Below are positions 45,454-54,827 of a stretch of DNA of 64,000 bases, piece by piece. Below the pieces are notes generated by a model. The model saw only the letters and a program-made list of their open reading frames with translations. It was not told the DNA's origin and ran no database searches. A program made the position numbers and the translations under genes. The stretch's first letter is position 1. Every line of letters starts with the position of its first letter. The stretch is from Actinomycetota bacterium (GTDB lineage Bacteria > Actinomycetota > Acidimicrobiia > Acidimicrobiales > Ilumatobacteraceae). Location: positions 41,635 to 105,634 of the forward strand of contig CANGIP010000005.1 of NCBI GenBank assembly GCA_947454105.1. Reading direction: 5' to 3'.

Positions 45454-47560
45454 AGGTGACGTACCCCATCACGTCAATGAGCACATGGGTGCTTGTCGTT
45501 CCACTAAAACCAGCATCATTGTAGACCTGTAGGGTCCCATCGGTTCCGAGTTGAACGATTGTCATATTGGGAACCGTCAATCCTTTAGTGAAATTGACAT
45601 TTGAAGAATGAGGCATCGGTGATCCGGTCGGCCACACGGCGAGCCAACCCCATGCGCTCGAATCCACTGAAGTGACGTTGAGATAAACGGCTGTGGCGTT
45701 ACTTGGGATCCCGTCAATCCCAGCTACTTGAACCGTACGAGTTTCATTGGCTTGCATTCTTTCTTGAGAAGTTCCGACGCCATTTCGGGTGTCAAATATT
45801 CGAGTTGGTTCAACTGCAGTAGTTTTTCCTTCGCCGTTGCTGCCATGTACGTAGTAGCCAAAAACATCAACGATGAGGTGGGTGCCCGCTTCACCAGTGA
45901 AAAGCCTGACCTTCCCGTTGTCTCCAATTTTGACTACTGCCAAGTTGGAACGATCAACAAGATAAATGAGATTGAGATTTGATGCCGTTGGTCGGGCAGT
46001 GTTGTCTGGGTAGGCGGTGACATATCCAGATCCAGTAGGGGAAACAGATGTGATGTTGAGGACAACAGAGTCAGCATTCGCGGGAATCCCATTTATTCCT
46101 GCCACAGTAAATGTTCGATCATCAAATGGAGAAAATTTTCCACCGGCAACCACTGAGTCATCTCCGATTTGATTTCGTGTATCGACAATCCGAATGGGGG
46201 AGATGCCAACAAATGCATTCCCATGGTTTGGTGCGGTCGCTGCACTCGTATCAAACCATCCCGCAAGATCAGCAACTAGATGACTGTGATCGTTGTAATT
46301 GTAGATACGAATTTTTCCACCCGCGCCGACTCGAGCGAGAACCAGATTTGGGACGGTGACATTGACTTCAGTATTGAGATTGGAAGCACTCGGCCAAGCT
46401 CCGTAGGTGAATTGATCATTGAAGACATCGCCGTTCCCAGCAGGGCGGGGTCCAATTGAGATGAAGCCTTGAGAAGATGGAGAGACTGCAGTGATATTTA
46501 AAAGGACAGCGCTCACGCCACTATTTGGGACTCCTCCGATACCGGTGACTTTTAAGTCATGATTGGCGGCCTGGGCGGCACGGATGTAGGGATTGGTTGA
46601 TGTTTCACTGCCCTCTCCAAAAAGAATTTGTCCATTGGTGATTCCCGTGCCATTGCGCGTATCAAGAATTCGGGTTGGAGTTGTTGAATGGAATCCACCA
46701 GTTGCGGTCGGTGAACTTCCTGAATCAAAAGTGCACACTGGAATACCAAAGCACACTGCATCAAGGTCAATTGCTGGAATATTGTCTGATGAGATATCAA
46801 CGATTCCATGTAGGGCTCGGCCTGTAGCAGTGTCACGGATGTATATGACGTAGTGCCCGTCGTAAGCGATTCCACCCGTCCAAGCATTACCTCGACTCTT
46901 CGAAGATGTGAAGGCCCCGATATCAACTCCATGATTATTGCTTGGTGGATGAACACATGTTTCGTGATAGTTGCAATCAATTTGAAAGATGTCAACTTCG
47001 ACTCGATTGTCTGGCACAACATCGTGCGACAAAATGTCACCTTGCAATCGAAAAGCACCGTTGATCCCAAGTTGCGGTAAATCAATGTTGCCCACGTTGA
47101 GCCAGTTGGCACCCATTGATGAATCAACTTGCACCTGAACGCCGCCAAAGTTCCCCTGCCACGGGTCGTATGTTTGCCAATAGCAAGGGTCATTTTCATT
47201 GATCCCGCTGCATCCGGTAGGAGGGTGGGGATAAATCTCAAGTCGCATCATTGTTGGGGAACCTTGAACTGTCATTCCGTCAGAGAGTGACGTACGCCAG
47301 CCAAAAGTTGGTGAGCTAGGTGCTTGATCGAAGTTCCACAGACGACCACTTGCACTCCATCTCACCATGGCGTCATATGCAGCGGTACCTTCGTTGTTGT
47401 TGTAGATCGCGTCAAGTCCAATTGTGCCGACTGTGCCCTGTGTGATGAGATTGAAGTGAATGGTCGTTGAAGCTGCCGCATTGGCCGTTTGGCCGAAAGC
47501 GAAAAGGCTGGAGACTAAAAAACTGAGCACTATGACGAAGCGTGTTTTCATAACCTTCAT
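45452..47560 (-). CDS. secreted protein: unknown Cys-paired N-domain plus three ~130-aa repeat modules
   Basis: 702 aa. Signal peptide 'MKVMKTRFVIVLSFLVSSLFAFGQTANA'. Modules start at 'TPTRILDTRNG', 'SPIRIVDTRN' and 'EPTRIFDTRNG'. Confidence 0.7.
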   Translation of the reverse strand: MKVMKTRFVIVLSFLVSSLFAFGQTANAAASTTIHFNLITQGTVGTIGLDAIYNNNEGTAAYDAMVRWSASGRLWNFDQAPSSPTFGWRTSLSDGMTVQGSPTMMRLEIYPHPPTGCSGINENDPCYWQTYDPWQGNFGGVQVQVDSSMGANWLNVGNIDLPQLGINGAFRLQGDILSHDVVPDNRVEVDIFQIDCNYHETCVHPPSNNHGVDIGAFTSSKSRGNAWTGGIAYDGHYVIYIRDTATGRALHGIVDISSDNIPAIDLDAVCFGIPVCTFDSGSSPTATGGFHSTTPTRILDTRNGTGITNGQILFGEGSETSTNPYIRAAQAANHDLKVTGIGGVPNSGVSAVLLNITAVSPSSQGFISIGPRPAGNGDVFNDQFTYGAWPSASNLNTEVNVTVPNLVLARVGAGGKIRIYNYNDHSHLVADLAGWFDTSAATAPNHGNAFVGISPIRIVDTRNQIGDDSVVAGGKFSPFDDRTFTVAGINGIPANADSVVLNITSVSPTGSGYVTAYPDNTARPTASNLNLIYLVDRSNLAVVKIGDNGKVRLFTGEAGTHLIVDVFGYYVHGSNGEGKTTAVEPTRIFDTRNGVGTSQERMQANETRTVQVAGIDGIPSNATAVYLNVTSVDSSAWGWLAVWPTGSPMPHSSNVNFTKGLTVPNMTIVQLGTDGTLQVYNDAGFSGTTSTHVLIDVMGYVT

Positions 47561-47605
47561 ATCATCGGCACGAATGAGACACTTTCAAGGTTTGTTCAGA
47601 AATTC

Positions 47606-48262
47606 TTAGGGTTTCTGCGCAATGATCAACATTTGTCCTGCCATTGGTCGCCAGGGGAGCCGCAAATACAGTGGAACAAGTTTGTGGCCAGAACTGAGTC
47701 GACTCTTAAAGGTCATCGGCAAGAATCGAGCCTCGGTTCGAACGTGTATGAAACCATTTTTGACGACGCATTCGGTGAGCGACTTGTCATCAAAAATCGT
47801 GACATGGGTTGGGTCGTCGAAGTAAGTCTTGGCCGAAAGTCGATAATTGGGTTGAATCAAAATCAACAGTCCGCCAGGTTGAAGGACACGCATGACCTCG
47901 GCCAGACAACGGGTGATTGAGTCGTCGTCTAAGTGTTCAAGGAAGTTGCTCGCAGTCACCGTGGCGAATTCGTTGTCGACGAAGCGTGAGAGATCAGTGG
48001 CATCGCCCACATATGCTTCGACATTGTTCGGCACAAGAGTCGCTAGGTCGGGATGGATATCGATAGCGACTCGACGAGAGGCATTGACAGCACTGGTGAG
48101 GTCGCCGTAGCCAGCAGCGAGATCGAGAAGCGCACCTTGTGGATTTATCCACTTTGATAGGTACTTCGAGACATGACGCCACACTTCAGCCCGTGCGGCA
48201 TTTGGCGCCATGCGTGTCGCAAAATATTCGTGACTATCGGGTTGATTGTCTGGTGAAGTCAC
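47606..48262 (-). CDS. class I SAM-dependent methyltransferase
   Basis: 218 aa. 'LLDLAAGYGDLT' (motif I), 'VTASNFLEHLDD', 'LQPGGLLILIQP'. Confidence 0.7.
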   Translation of the reverse strand: MTSPDNQPDSHEYFATRMAPNAARAEVWRHVSKYLSKWINPQGALLDLAAGYGDLTSAVNASRRVAIDIHPDLATLVPNNVEAYVGDATDLSRFVDNEFATVTASNFLEHLDDDSITRCLAEVMRVLQPGGLLILIQPNYRLSAKTYFDDPTHVTIFDDKSLTECVVKNGFIHVRTEARFLPMTFKSRLSSGHKLVPLYLRLPWRPMAGQMLIIAQKP

Positions 48263-48289
48263 ACGATCAGCCTAGTTGGCTCGCTGAAA

Positions 48290-51028
48290 TCAAACGATGT
48301 ACGGGTCGGTGCGGGCGGGATCGAGTCCGTAATGAATAATCGCGCCTTCAACGACGTCGGCACCAACTGCTCCCGTTTGCGCCAAGCTCGCTAAAACCGC
48401 GACAACGATATTGGGCATGTCGACTTCAAAGTGAGCACGTAATGCTTCACGAGTATCGCTACGACCCATACCGTCGGTGCCGAGAGCAGTGAACAAACGA
48501 CCCGGCACAAAACGAGCAATCTGTTCGGGGACAATTTTCATGAAATCGGTAACCGCCACAATCGGATCAGTTGATCCACCAAGCAACGACGTCACGCGAG
48601 CAACCTTGTCGGGATGACTCGGGTGCAAGCGATTGTCTCGCTCGACGGCCAAGGCATCTTCGCGCAACGCCTTATATGACGTGGCCGACCACAACTCGAC
48701 ACCAACATTGAACCGTGTCTTGAGTTCTTCAACTGCGGCGATTGCTGCACCTTGTGCTGAGCCACTAAATAAGACCGTTGCGTTGTGCTTGATATTGCTA
48801 TCGGTAGGTGCAGCCTGCCATTTGTACAAGCCTGACACGATGTGAGCATCGGTGACACCAGCGGGACGTGCTGGCATGACGTAGTTCTCGTTGTACAAGG
48901 TGAGGTAATAAAAGATGTCTGGATCAATTTCGCCGTTGGGTCCTTTGGCGTCACCATACATGCGATTGAGACCGTGCTTAACGATTGCGGCAACTTCATA
49001 GGCGAACGCGGGGTCGTACGACTGACAAGCCGGCACTGTTGAAGCCAACACGAGGCTGTGTCCGTCTTGGTGTTGTAATCCTTCGCCCATCAATGTGGTG
49101 CGACCAGCGGTCGCGCCAAGTAAGAAGCCACGGGTGCGACTATCAGCGGCTTGCCAAATGAGGTCGCCGACGCGTTGGAAACCAAACATTGAATAGAAGG
49201 TGTAAAACGGAACTGATGGAACGCCACGAGTTGCATACGAAGTTCCGGCCGCAATGAAACTGCTCATCGCTCCGGCTTCGGTAATTCCTTCTTCAAGAAT
49301 TTGTCCATCGGCTGACTCGGTGTATGACAACAGCATGTCGTGGTCGACTGGTTCGTATTTCTGACCTTGCGATGCGTAGATCTTGAGTTCTCTGAATAAC
49401 GAGTCCATACCAAAGGTGCGGGCTTCATCGGGGATGATGGGCACAACGCGTGAACCGAATTTTTCGTCGCGTGCCAAATTGCGTAATAAGCGTGTGAATC
49501 CCATCGTGGTGCTCACTGATTGTTCGCCTGACCCACCATCGAGTTCACTGAAAACAGAATCAGCGGGAAGCTCGAGCGGGCGACGAGCGCGCACAATGCG
49601 CTTTGGGATTGAACCGCCAAGAGCACGGCGACGTTCTAAGAGATATTGATACTCAACTGAACCTTCGCTGGGACGGAAATACGGCGGAACGTCGCCCTCA
49701 AGTGCTGAATCGGGGATCTCATCATTGAGGTGCAAACGATCACGAAGAGTACGAATTTGTTCAGCATTCATCTTTTTGATCTGGTGAGTTGCGTTACGAC
49801 CTTCAATGTCGGGACCAAGGGTCCAGCCCTTCACGGTCTTGCACAGAATTGCGGTCGGTCGGCCACTGCCAAGGTTTTGTGCGGCGGCACGATAAGCCGC
49901 ATACAACTTGCGATAGTCGTGGCCGCCACGTGGAAGGGCACTGAGATCGTCATCGCTTAAATGCGCAACCATCTGTCGCAGGCGAGGATCGGGGCCGAAG
50001 AAGTTTTCGCGAATGTAGTTGCCGCTCTCGATGGTGTAACGCTGGAATTCACCGTCAACAGTTGTGTTCATCTGATTGAGCAACACGCCGTCTTTGTCTT
50101 GTGCGAGCAAGTTGTCCCACTTTGACCCCCAGATGACTTTGATGACGTTCCAACCAGCACCGCGGAACACTGCTTCGAGTTCTTGAATGATTTTTCCGTT
50201 GCCACGCACTGGTCCGTCGAGACGCTGCAAGTTGCAGTTGACGACGAATACCAAGTTGTCAAGTTGTTCGCGTGATGCCAGTGACAATGCGCCAAGTGTT
50301 TCGGGTTCATCAGTTTCGCCATCGCCGAGATATGCCCACACGCGACTATTGCTGGTGTCATCAAGATGACGATTCATGAGATAGCGATTGAAACGTGCGT
50401 GATAAATCGCGCTGATGGGTCCAAGACCCATACTCACGGTTGGATGTTCCCAAAAGTCGGGCATGAGTCGGGGGTGCGGATAGCTCGAGAGGCCCTGACC
50501 AGGTCGGGCAATTTCGCGACGGAAATGATCAAGATCGTTTTCGCTTAAGCGGCCTTCAAGAAATGCGCGAGCATAAATTCCGGGAGCAGCATGGCCTTGG
50601 AAATAAATATGATCGCCGGCATTGCCATCATCTTTGCCGCGGAAGAAATGGTTGAAACCAATTTCGTAGAGGCTTGCCGAGCTAGCAAATGTTGAGAGGT
50701 GTCCACCAATACCTTCGGCGTGTTTGTTGGCGCGCACAACCATGGCTGCGGCGTTCCAACGAATGAATGCGCGAATTCTCCGTTCAATATGTTCATCGCC
50801 AGGGAACCAGGGTTCGTGTTCGCGAGGAATGGTGTTGACATACGGCGTTGAAACTGTGGCAGGAAAACTGACTTGGCTCTGTTGTGCTTTTTCGAGTAAT
50901 CGCGACAACAAATATCGAGCGCGTACTTTGCCGTGCACATCGATCACTGCATCAAGTGAGTCGAGCCATTCTTGAGTTTCGCCGGGATCGGTGTCGGGGA
51001 GTTGGTGGACGGAACCGTCAAAGAGCAT
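48290..51028 (-). CDS. aceE: pyruvate dehydrogenase E1 component (homodimeric type)
   Basis: 912 aa, AceE-like throughout (e.g. 'WAYLGDGETDEPETLGAL', 'NLVFVVNCNLQRLDGPVRGNGKIIQELE'). Confidence 0.95.
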   Translation of the reverse strand: MLFDGSVHQLPDTDPGETQEWLDSLDAVIDVHGKVRARYLLSRLLEKAQQSQVSFPATVSTPYVNTIPREHEPWFPGDEHIERRIRAFIRWNAAAMVVRANKHAEGIGGHLSTFASSASLYEIGFNHFFRGKDDGNAGDHIYFQGHAAPGIYARAFLEGRLSENDLDHFRREIARPGQGLSSYPHPRLMPDFWEHPTVSMGLGPISAIYHARFNRYLMNRHLDDTSNSRVWAYLGDGETDEPETLGALSLASREQLDNLVFVVNCNLQRLDGPVRGNGKIIQELEAVFRGAGWNVIKVIWGSKWDNLLAQDKDGVLLNQMNTTVDGEFQRYTIESGNYIRENFFGPDPRLRQMVAHLSDDDLSALPRGGHDYRKLYAAYRAAAQNLGSGRPTAILCKTVKGWTLGPDIEGRNATHQIKKMNAEQIRTLRDRLHLNDEIPDSALEGDVPPYFRPSEGSVEYQYLLERRRALGGSIPKRIVRARRPLELPADSVFSELDGGSGEQSVSTTMGFTRLLRNLARDEKFGSRVVPIIPDEARTFGMDSLFRELKIYASQGQKYEPVDHDMLLSYTESADGQILEEGITEAGAMSSFIAAGTSYATRGVPSVPFYTFYSMFGFQRVGDLIWQAADSRTRGFLLGATAGRTTLMGEGLQHQDGHSLVLASTVPACQSYDPAFAYEVAAIVKHGLNRMYGDAKGPNGEIDPDIFYYLTLYNENYVMPARPAGVTDAHIVSGLYKWQAAPTDSNIKHNATVLFSGSAQGAAIAAVEELKTRFNVGVELWSATSYKALREDALAVERDNRLHPSHPDKVARVTSLLGGSTDPIVAVTDFMKIVPEQIARFVPGRLFTALGTDGMGRSDTREALRAHFEVDMPNIVVAVLASLAQTGAVGADVVEGAIIHYGLDPARTDPYIV

Positions 51029-51125
51029 GGGGATAGTCTCGCAGAGTTACCGATTGGTAGGGGTTCTGCCCGAGATCTGACGTGTCACCGCAAATTGTGA
51101 ACGAGTGTGAGAATATGTACGGCTT
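51029..51125. promoter_or_regulatory. divergent promoter region aceE / rnhA
   Basis: 97-bp spacer between divergent genes. Confidence 0.35.
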
Positions 51126-51611
51126 ATGAGTCACCCGATCGATCCATCCACTATTGAGCGCGCCTTGGTCGTGTACACCGACGGCGCGTGTAGCGGAAAC
51201 CCCGGTCCTGGCGGATGGGCGTGGGCACTTGCGCCATCTGGCGAGCGCACGGGATCGGGCGGCGAACGCAATACGACGAATCAACGAATGGAACTCACTG
51301 CGGCGTTTGAGGCTCTCAAGACCAATGTGCCGATCGCCCAGGCCGAGATGAAGCGACTCATCATTGTGAGTGATTCGACCTACGTCGTGAACTGCTTCAA
51401 AGATCGCTGGTGGGTGAAGTGGAAAGCCAACGGCTGGCGCAACGCCAAAAAAGAGCCAGTGGCCAATGACGACTTGTGGAAACCATTCATTGCGTTCTAC
51501 GAAAGTTTGTCGCCAGCTGAACGACCCGACTTCCAATGGGTCAAAGGTCATAGCGGTGACCCGATGAACGATTTGGTTGATCAGATCGCGGTTCAAGCAT
51601 GCCCCCGCTGA
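51126..51611 (+). CDS. rnhA: ribonuclease HI
   Basis: 161 aa. 'VVYTDGACSGNPGPGGWAW', 'TNQRMELTAA', 'SDSTYVVN', 'WVKGHSGDPMNDLVD'. Confidence 0.9.
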   Translation: MSHPIDPSTIERALVVYTDGACSGNPGPGGWAWALAPSGERTGSGGERNTTNQRMELTAAFEALKTNVPIAQAEMKRLIIVSDSTYVVNCFKDRWWVKWKANGWRNAKKEPVANDDLWKPFIAFYESLSPAERPDFQWVKGHSGDPMNDLVDQIAVQACPR

Positions 51612-51620
51612 CACAAAAAT

Positions 51621-51640
51621 AGCCTTTGAACAGGGCTTTT
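51621..51640 (+). terminator. candidate intrinsic terminator after rnhA
   Basis: agcctt-tgaa-cagggct imperfect stem followed by tttt, 10 nt after the stop codon. Confidence 0.4.
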
Positions 51641-51699
51641 GTGTCGAGTGACAGGATTTGGTCGGGCTTTCTCGGTACGGTTTGAGGGCTCGTGACACC

Positions 51700-54600
51700 A
51701 TGAAAAATCTTTGCAAGACTCTCCTTGCCGCCATGAGCGGAATGCTTGTGGCCTCGACAGTGTCGTGGCTTGCCCCGGTGACGCCCGCGCAGGCAGCTCC
51801 TGGTGACCCCAACGTTGGACTAGCCATTGTCATTGAAGGTCAGGGCAACGGTCACGGACGGGGTTTGAGCCAGTACGGAGCGGTGGGTTGGGCCACGGTC
51901 TATGGCAAAGACTGGACCTGGATTCTTGATCACTATTACGGCGACACCTCGATGGGGGCGGTTGCTGCTGGAACTCGGATGAGCGTTCGTCTGACCGCTC
52001 AAGACGATCTACAGACTGCGGTGATTGCATCTGGTGGGAACGCGTTTTGGGTCGGCGGGACACCGGGTTATTTCACGTCAATGGTCGCTCGCGAAGTCGG
52101 TTCATCGGGCGGGCAGTACACCTATCAAGTGTGGGGCAAAGCTGGTATTGCCGAGTGTCCTTCTTCTAATGACTCATTAGCAAGTTGGATCAGCCTCGGG
52201 AATGTGACGACTGCAGCGGGGTTGCCCTCGGTGACCTTCTCGGTGCCAGGTGCAGATGATCCAGCGACTCCAGCAGCTTCGTTGTTGGGTGTGTGCGATT
52301 CGGCGGGTGCAGTGCGCCATTATCGAGGAAACATTTATGCGTCGAACGGAACATCAGGAGAAAATCGCACTGTCAACGATGTTGATATTGAGTCTTATGT
52401 GCGTGGAGTTGTGCCACGTGAGTCGCCAGCTGCATGGGCCGATCGCGGTAACGGCACAGGAATTAATGCGTTGAAGGCACAAGCGGTTGCCGCGCGTTCG
52501 TATGCATTGGCGCAAGGCGGCGGCTTAGAGAATCGCCGCTATGCATATGCAAAAACATGCGATACGACCAATTGTCAGGTGTACGGCGGTGCCGGAACTC
52601 GCACTTCGGCGACTGCAAATATTGTCGCCATTGAAGATTGGCGAAGCGATCGCGCTGTTGCCGAAACTTCGTTAATGATTCGAGTTCGTGCCACAACACC
52701 GTTGGTGCCGGTCTCAACCGAGTTCTCATCTTCAAACGGCGATCGCACGGCGGGCGTTAACTTTCCAGCTGTCGATGATGCCGGTGACAAAATTGATTAC
52801 AACCCGTACAGTCGTTGGACACGAGTCTTAAGTCTTGAATCATTTGCGGCACGATTTGGCTTGGCAACAATTACCAAAATTGAAACGTCCATTGACCCGT
52901 CGGTTTCAACTGGAACATATGGAGTGACTCCAGCTTGGGCAGTGCGATTCAGATTTTATAACGGAACTCAATCGGTGTATGTGAAGGCATCAGAGATCAA
53001 GTCGGCTTACGATCTTCCGTCGCCGTCAATTTCGGCGCGGATCATCAAGCGCGATCTATCAAGCAATGATGACTTCGTATTCATCGCTGACTCAGTCGGA
53101 GCGAGTATCGCCGATAACGCTGGTGCAGGCGAGTTGCCAACACTTTTGCGGCGAGTATTCAATTCAGATACTTACAGCACCCAAGAGTATCGCTGCACGG
53201 TTGGCAATTGTCCTCCAGCAACTCAAGATGGATTGGCTGTGGCGAATTCACTGACTGGTACTCCCGATTTGGCAATCGTCGAACTTGGATATAACGACAA
53301 TCAGTCAACTCTTGGCGGCGAAATTGACCAGGTGATGACAGCGCTCGTTGCGAAAGGTGTGCGATATGTCGGTTGGGTGAGTATGTCTGAACGTCGAAAA
53401 GTAAGTGGTGTTTCATCTTTTGCTGCTGGCAATCGCGCCTTAGTTGCAGCAACGGCTCGTTGGCCACAACTTCGAATTCTTGATTGGGATGGATACACCA
53501 TGTGTGGTCCTCGAGATCGCTGGTTCTCGGACAGTGTCCATCTCAACACGACTGGCCAAGCCGAATTTGCATTGTGGCTACGCGATCGAGCGATTGAACT
53601 GGGAACGGGTTCCGTATCGTCGCCAAAATGTTTTGTGCAAGTTGAACCAGGTGTTGATTTGCAAGTTCCGGTGCTTGGAGTTTCGGGTATTCCACTCACT
53701 GGTGTGACAGCAGTAAGCATGAACTTGACTGCGGTTGGGCCAACAGCTGAGGGGTATGTCACGGTCTGGCCATGTGGAAGTGCCAAACCAGATACCTCGA
53801 ATGTGAACTTTGTGAAAGATCAAATTGTTCCAAATGCAGTGATTGCACCCGTTGATGCAACGGGCAAGGTGTGTATTGCATCGTCGGTAGGCACACACGT
53901 CGTTGTCGACATCAATGGTTGGTTCGGTTCAACATCTGGATTGAGGGCTGTCACTCCGATTCGTGTTTTTGATACGCGAAGTGGAATCGGAGGTGTGCCG
54001 ATTGCAAAAGTTGGTGCACTTGACGGAAGTGGAACTGCGCTTGAGGTATCGGTGCTGTCGGCGATTGGCCAAGTTGCCGGAGCAGTTTCTGCGGTATCGC
54101 TGAATGTGACGGCAACGGGGACGAGCGCTTCAAATTATGGCGGGTACGTGACTGCGTATCCATGTGGATCGCGACCCAATGCATCGAACCTCAACTTTGT
54201 TTCGAATCAAACAGTTCCAAATGCTGTGATCGTGCCGGTCTCGGCAACTGGCACAATTTGTTTCTACGTGTACGGGCAAGCCGATTTGATTGCCGACGTA
54301 AACGGTTGGTTCGCTGGTGGTTCAGGATTCAATTCATTAACTCCAACTCGCGTCTTTGATACACGTTCAGGCAGCGGTGGGGTGCCCATTGCCAAGGTGG
54401 GAGCCCTTGATGGATCTGGCAGTGCGCTAAAGGTGCAAGTTACGGGAACAAATGGTGTTCCTCCATTGGGCGCAGCTGCGGTGATGATGAACGTGACTGT
54501 TGATGCAACGACGGCTTCTGCGTATGGCGGATACGTGACCGCGTATCCGTGTGACGCGACTCCGCCGAACTCGTCGAACATCAACTTTGTGAGCGGACAG

Positions 54601-54789
54601 ACAATTGCCAACTCGGTCGTCGCGCCGCTGTCGGTGAATGGTGAAGTGTGTTTCTACGTATACGGCCAAGCCCATGTTTTGGCTGATATCACTGGTTGGT
54701 TGGCATCTGGCTCGACGGTTTATACCGCGATGACGCCGGTCCGATTCTCGGACACGCGCTCGGGTCTCGGGCCGATCCCTGGCCGTTAA
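51700..54789 (+). CDS. secreted SpoIID/LytB-domain protein fused to an SGNH-like domain and three repeat modules
   Basis: Signal peptide 'MKNLCKTLLAAMSGMLVAS..AQA'. SpoIID blocks 'GHGRGLSQYGA', 'ALKAQAVAARSYAL', 'CDTTNCQVYGG'. SGNH blocks 'FIADSVG', 'ELGYNDN', 'DSVHLN'. Modules run from ~53635. Confidence 0.8.
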   Translation: MKNLCKTLLAAMSGMLVASTVSWLAPVTPAQAAPGDPNVGLAIVIEGQGNGHGRGLSQYGAVGWATVYGKDWTWILDHYYGDTSMGAVAAGTRMSVRLTAQDDLQTAVIASGGNAFWVGGTPGYFTSMVAREVGSSGGQYTYQVWGKAGIAECPSSNDSLASWISLGNVTTAAGLPSVTFSVPGADDPATPAASLLGVCDSAGAVRHYRGNIYASNGTSGENRTVNDVDIESYVRGVVPRESPAAWADRGNGTGINALKAQAVAARSYALAQGGGLENRRYAYAKTCDTTNCQVYGGAGTRTSATANIVAIEDWRSDRAVAETSLMIRVRATTPLVPVSTEFSSSNGDRTAGVNFPAVDDAGDKIDYNPYSRWTRVLSLESFAARFGLATITKIETSIDPSVSTGTYGVTPAWAVRFRFYNGTQSVYVKASEIKSAYDLPSPSISARIIKRDLSSNDDFVFIADSVGASIADNAGAGELPTLLRRVFNSDTYSTQEYRCTVGNCPPATQDGLAVANSLTGTPDLAIVELGYNDNQSTLGGEIDQVMTALVAKGVRYVGWVSMSERRKVSGVSSFAAGNRALVAATARWPQLRILDWDGYTMCGPRDRWFSDSVHLNTTGQAEFALWLRDRAIELGTGSVSSPKCFVQVEPGVDLQVPVLGVSGIPLTGVTAVSMNLTAVGPTAEGYVTVWPCGSAKPDTSNVNFVKDQIVPNAVIAPVDATGKVCIASSVGTHVVVDINGWFGSTSGLRAVTPIRVFDTRSGIGGVPIAKVGALDGSGTALEVSVLSAIGQVAGAVSAVSLNVTATGTSASNYGGYVTAYPCGSRPNASNLNFVSNQTVPNAVIVPVSATGTICFYVYGQADLIADVNGWFAGGSGFNSLTPTRVFDTRSGSGGVPIAKVGALDGSGSALKVQVTGTNGVPPLGAAAVMMNVTVDATTASAYGGYVTAYPCDATPPNSSNINFVSGQTIANSVVAPLSVNGEVCFYVYGQAHVLADITGWLASGSTVYTAMTPVRFSDTRSGLGPIPGR

Positions 54790-54827
54790 ATTCTGCGAAA
54801 TCGGGTCGGCCTGTCTAGCCTGCAGGT

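Noticed and set aside
46552-47241. 229-aa ORF on the minus strand in another frame of the secreted repeat protein
   Set aside because: The main frame has a signal peptide and conserved repeat modules. The alternative frame has no features.
51018-51833. 271-aa minus-strand ORF spanning the aceE-rnhA spacer and all of rnhA
   Set aside because: It is antisense to a textbook RNase HI ORF and has no recognisable motifs. Long antisense ORFs are expected by chance in GC-richer coding DNA.
53953-54732. Recent DNA-level tandem duplication in the SpoIID protein tail
   Set aside because: The protein repeats are similar ('TPIRVFDTRSGIGGVPIAKVGALDGSG' versus 'TPTRVFDTRSGSGGVPIAKVGALDGSG'). However, codons differ at many synonymous sites, so this is an ancient domain repeat rather than a recombinogenic DNA repeat.
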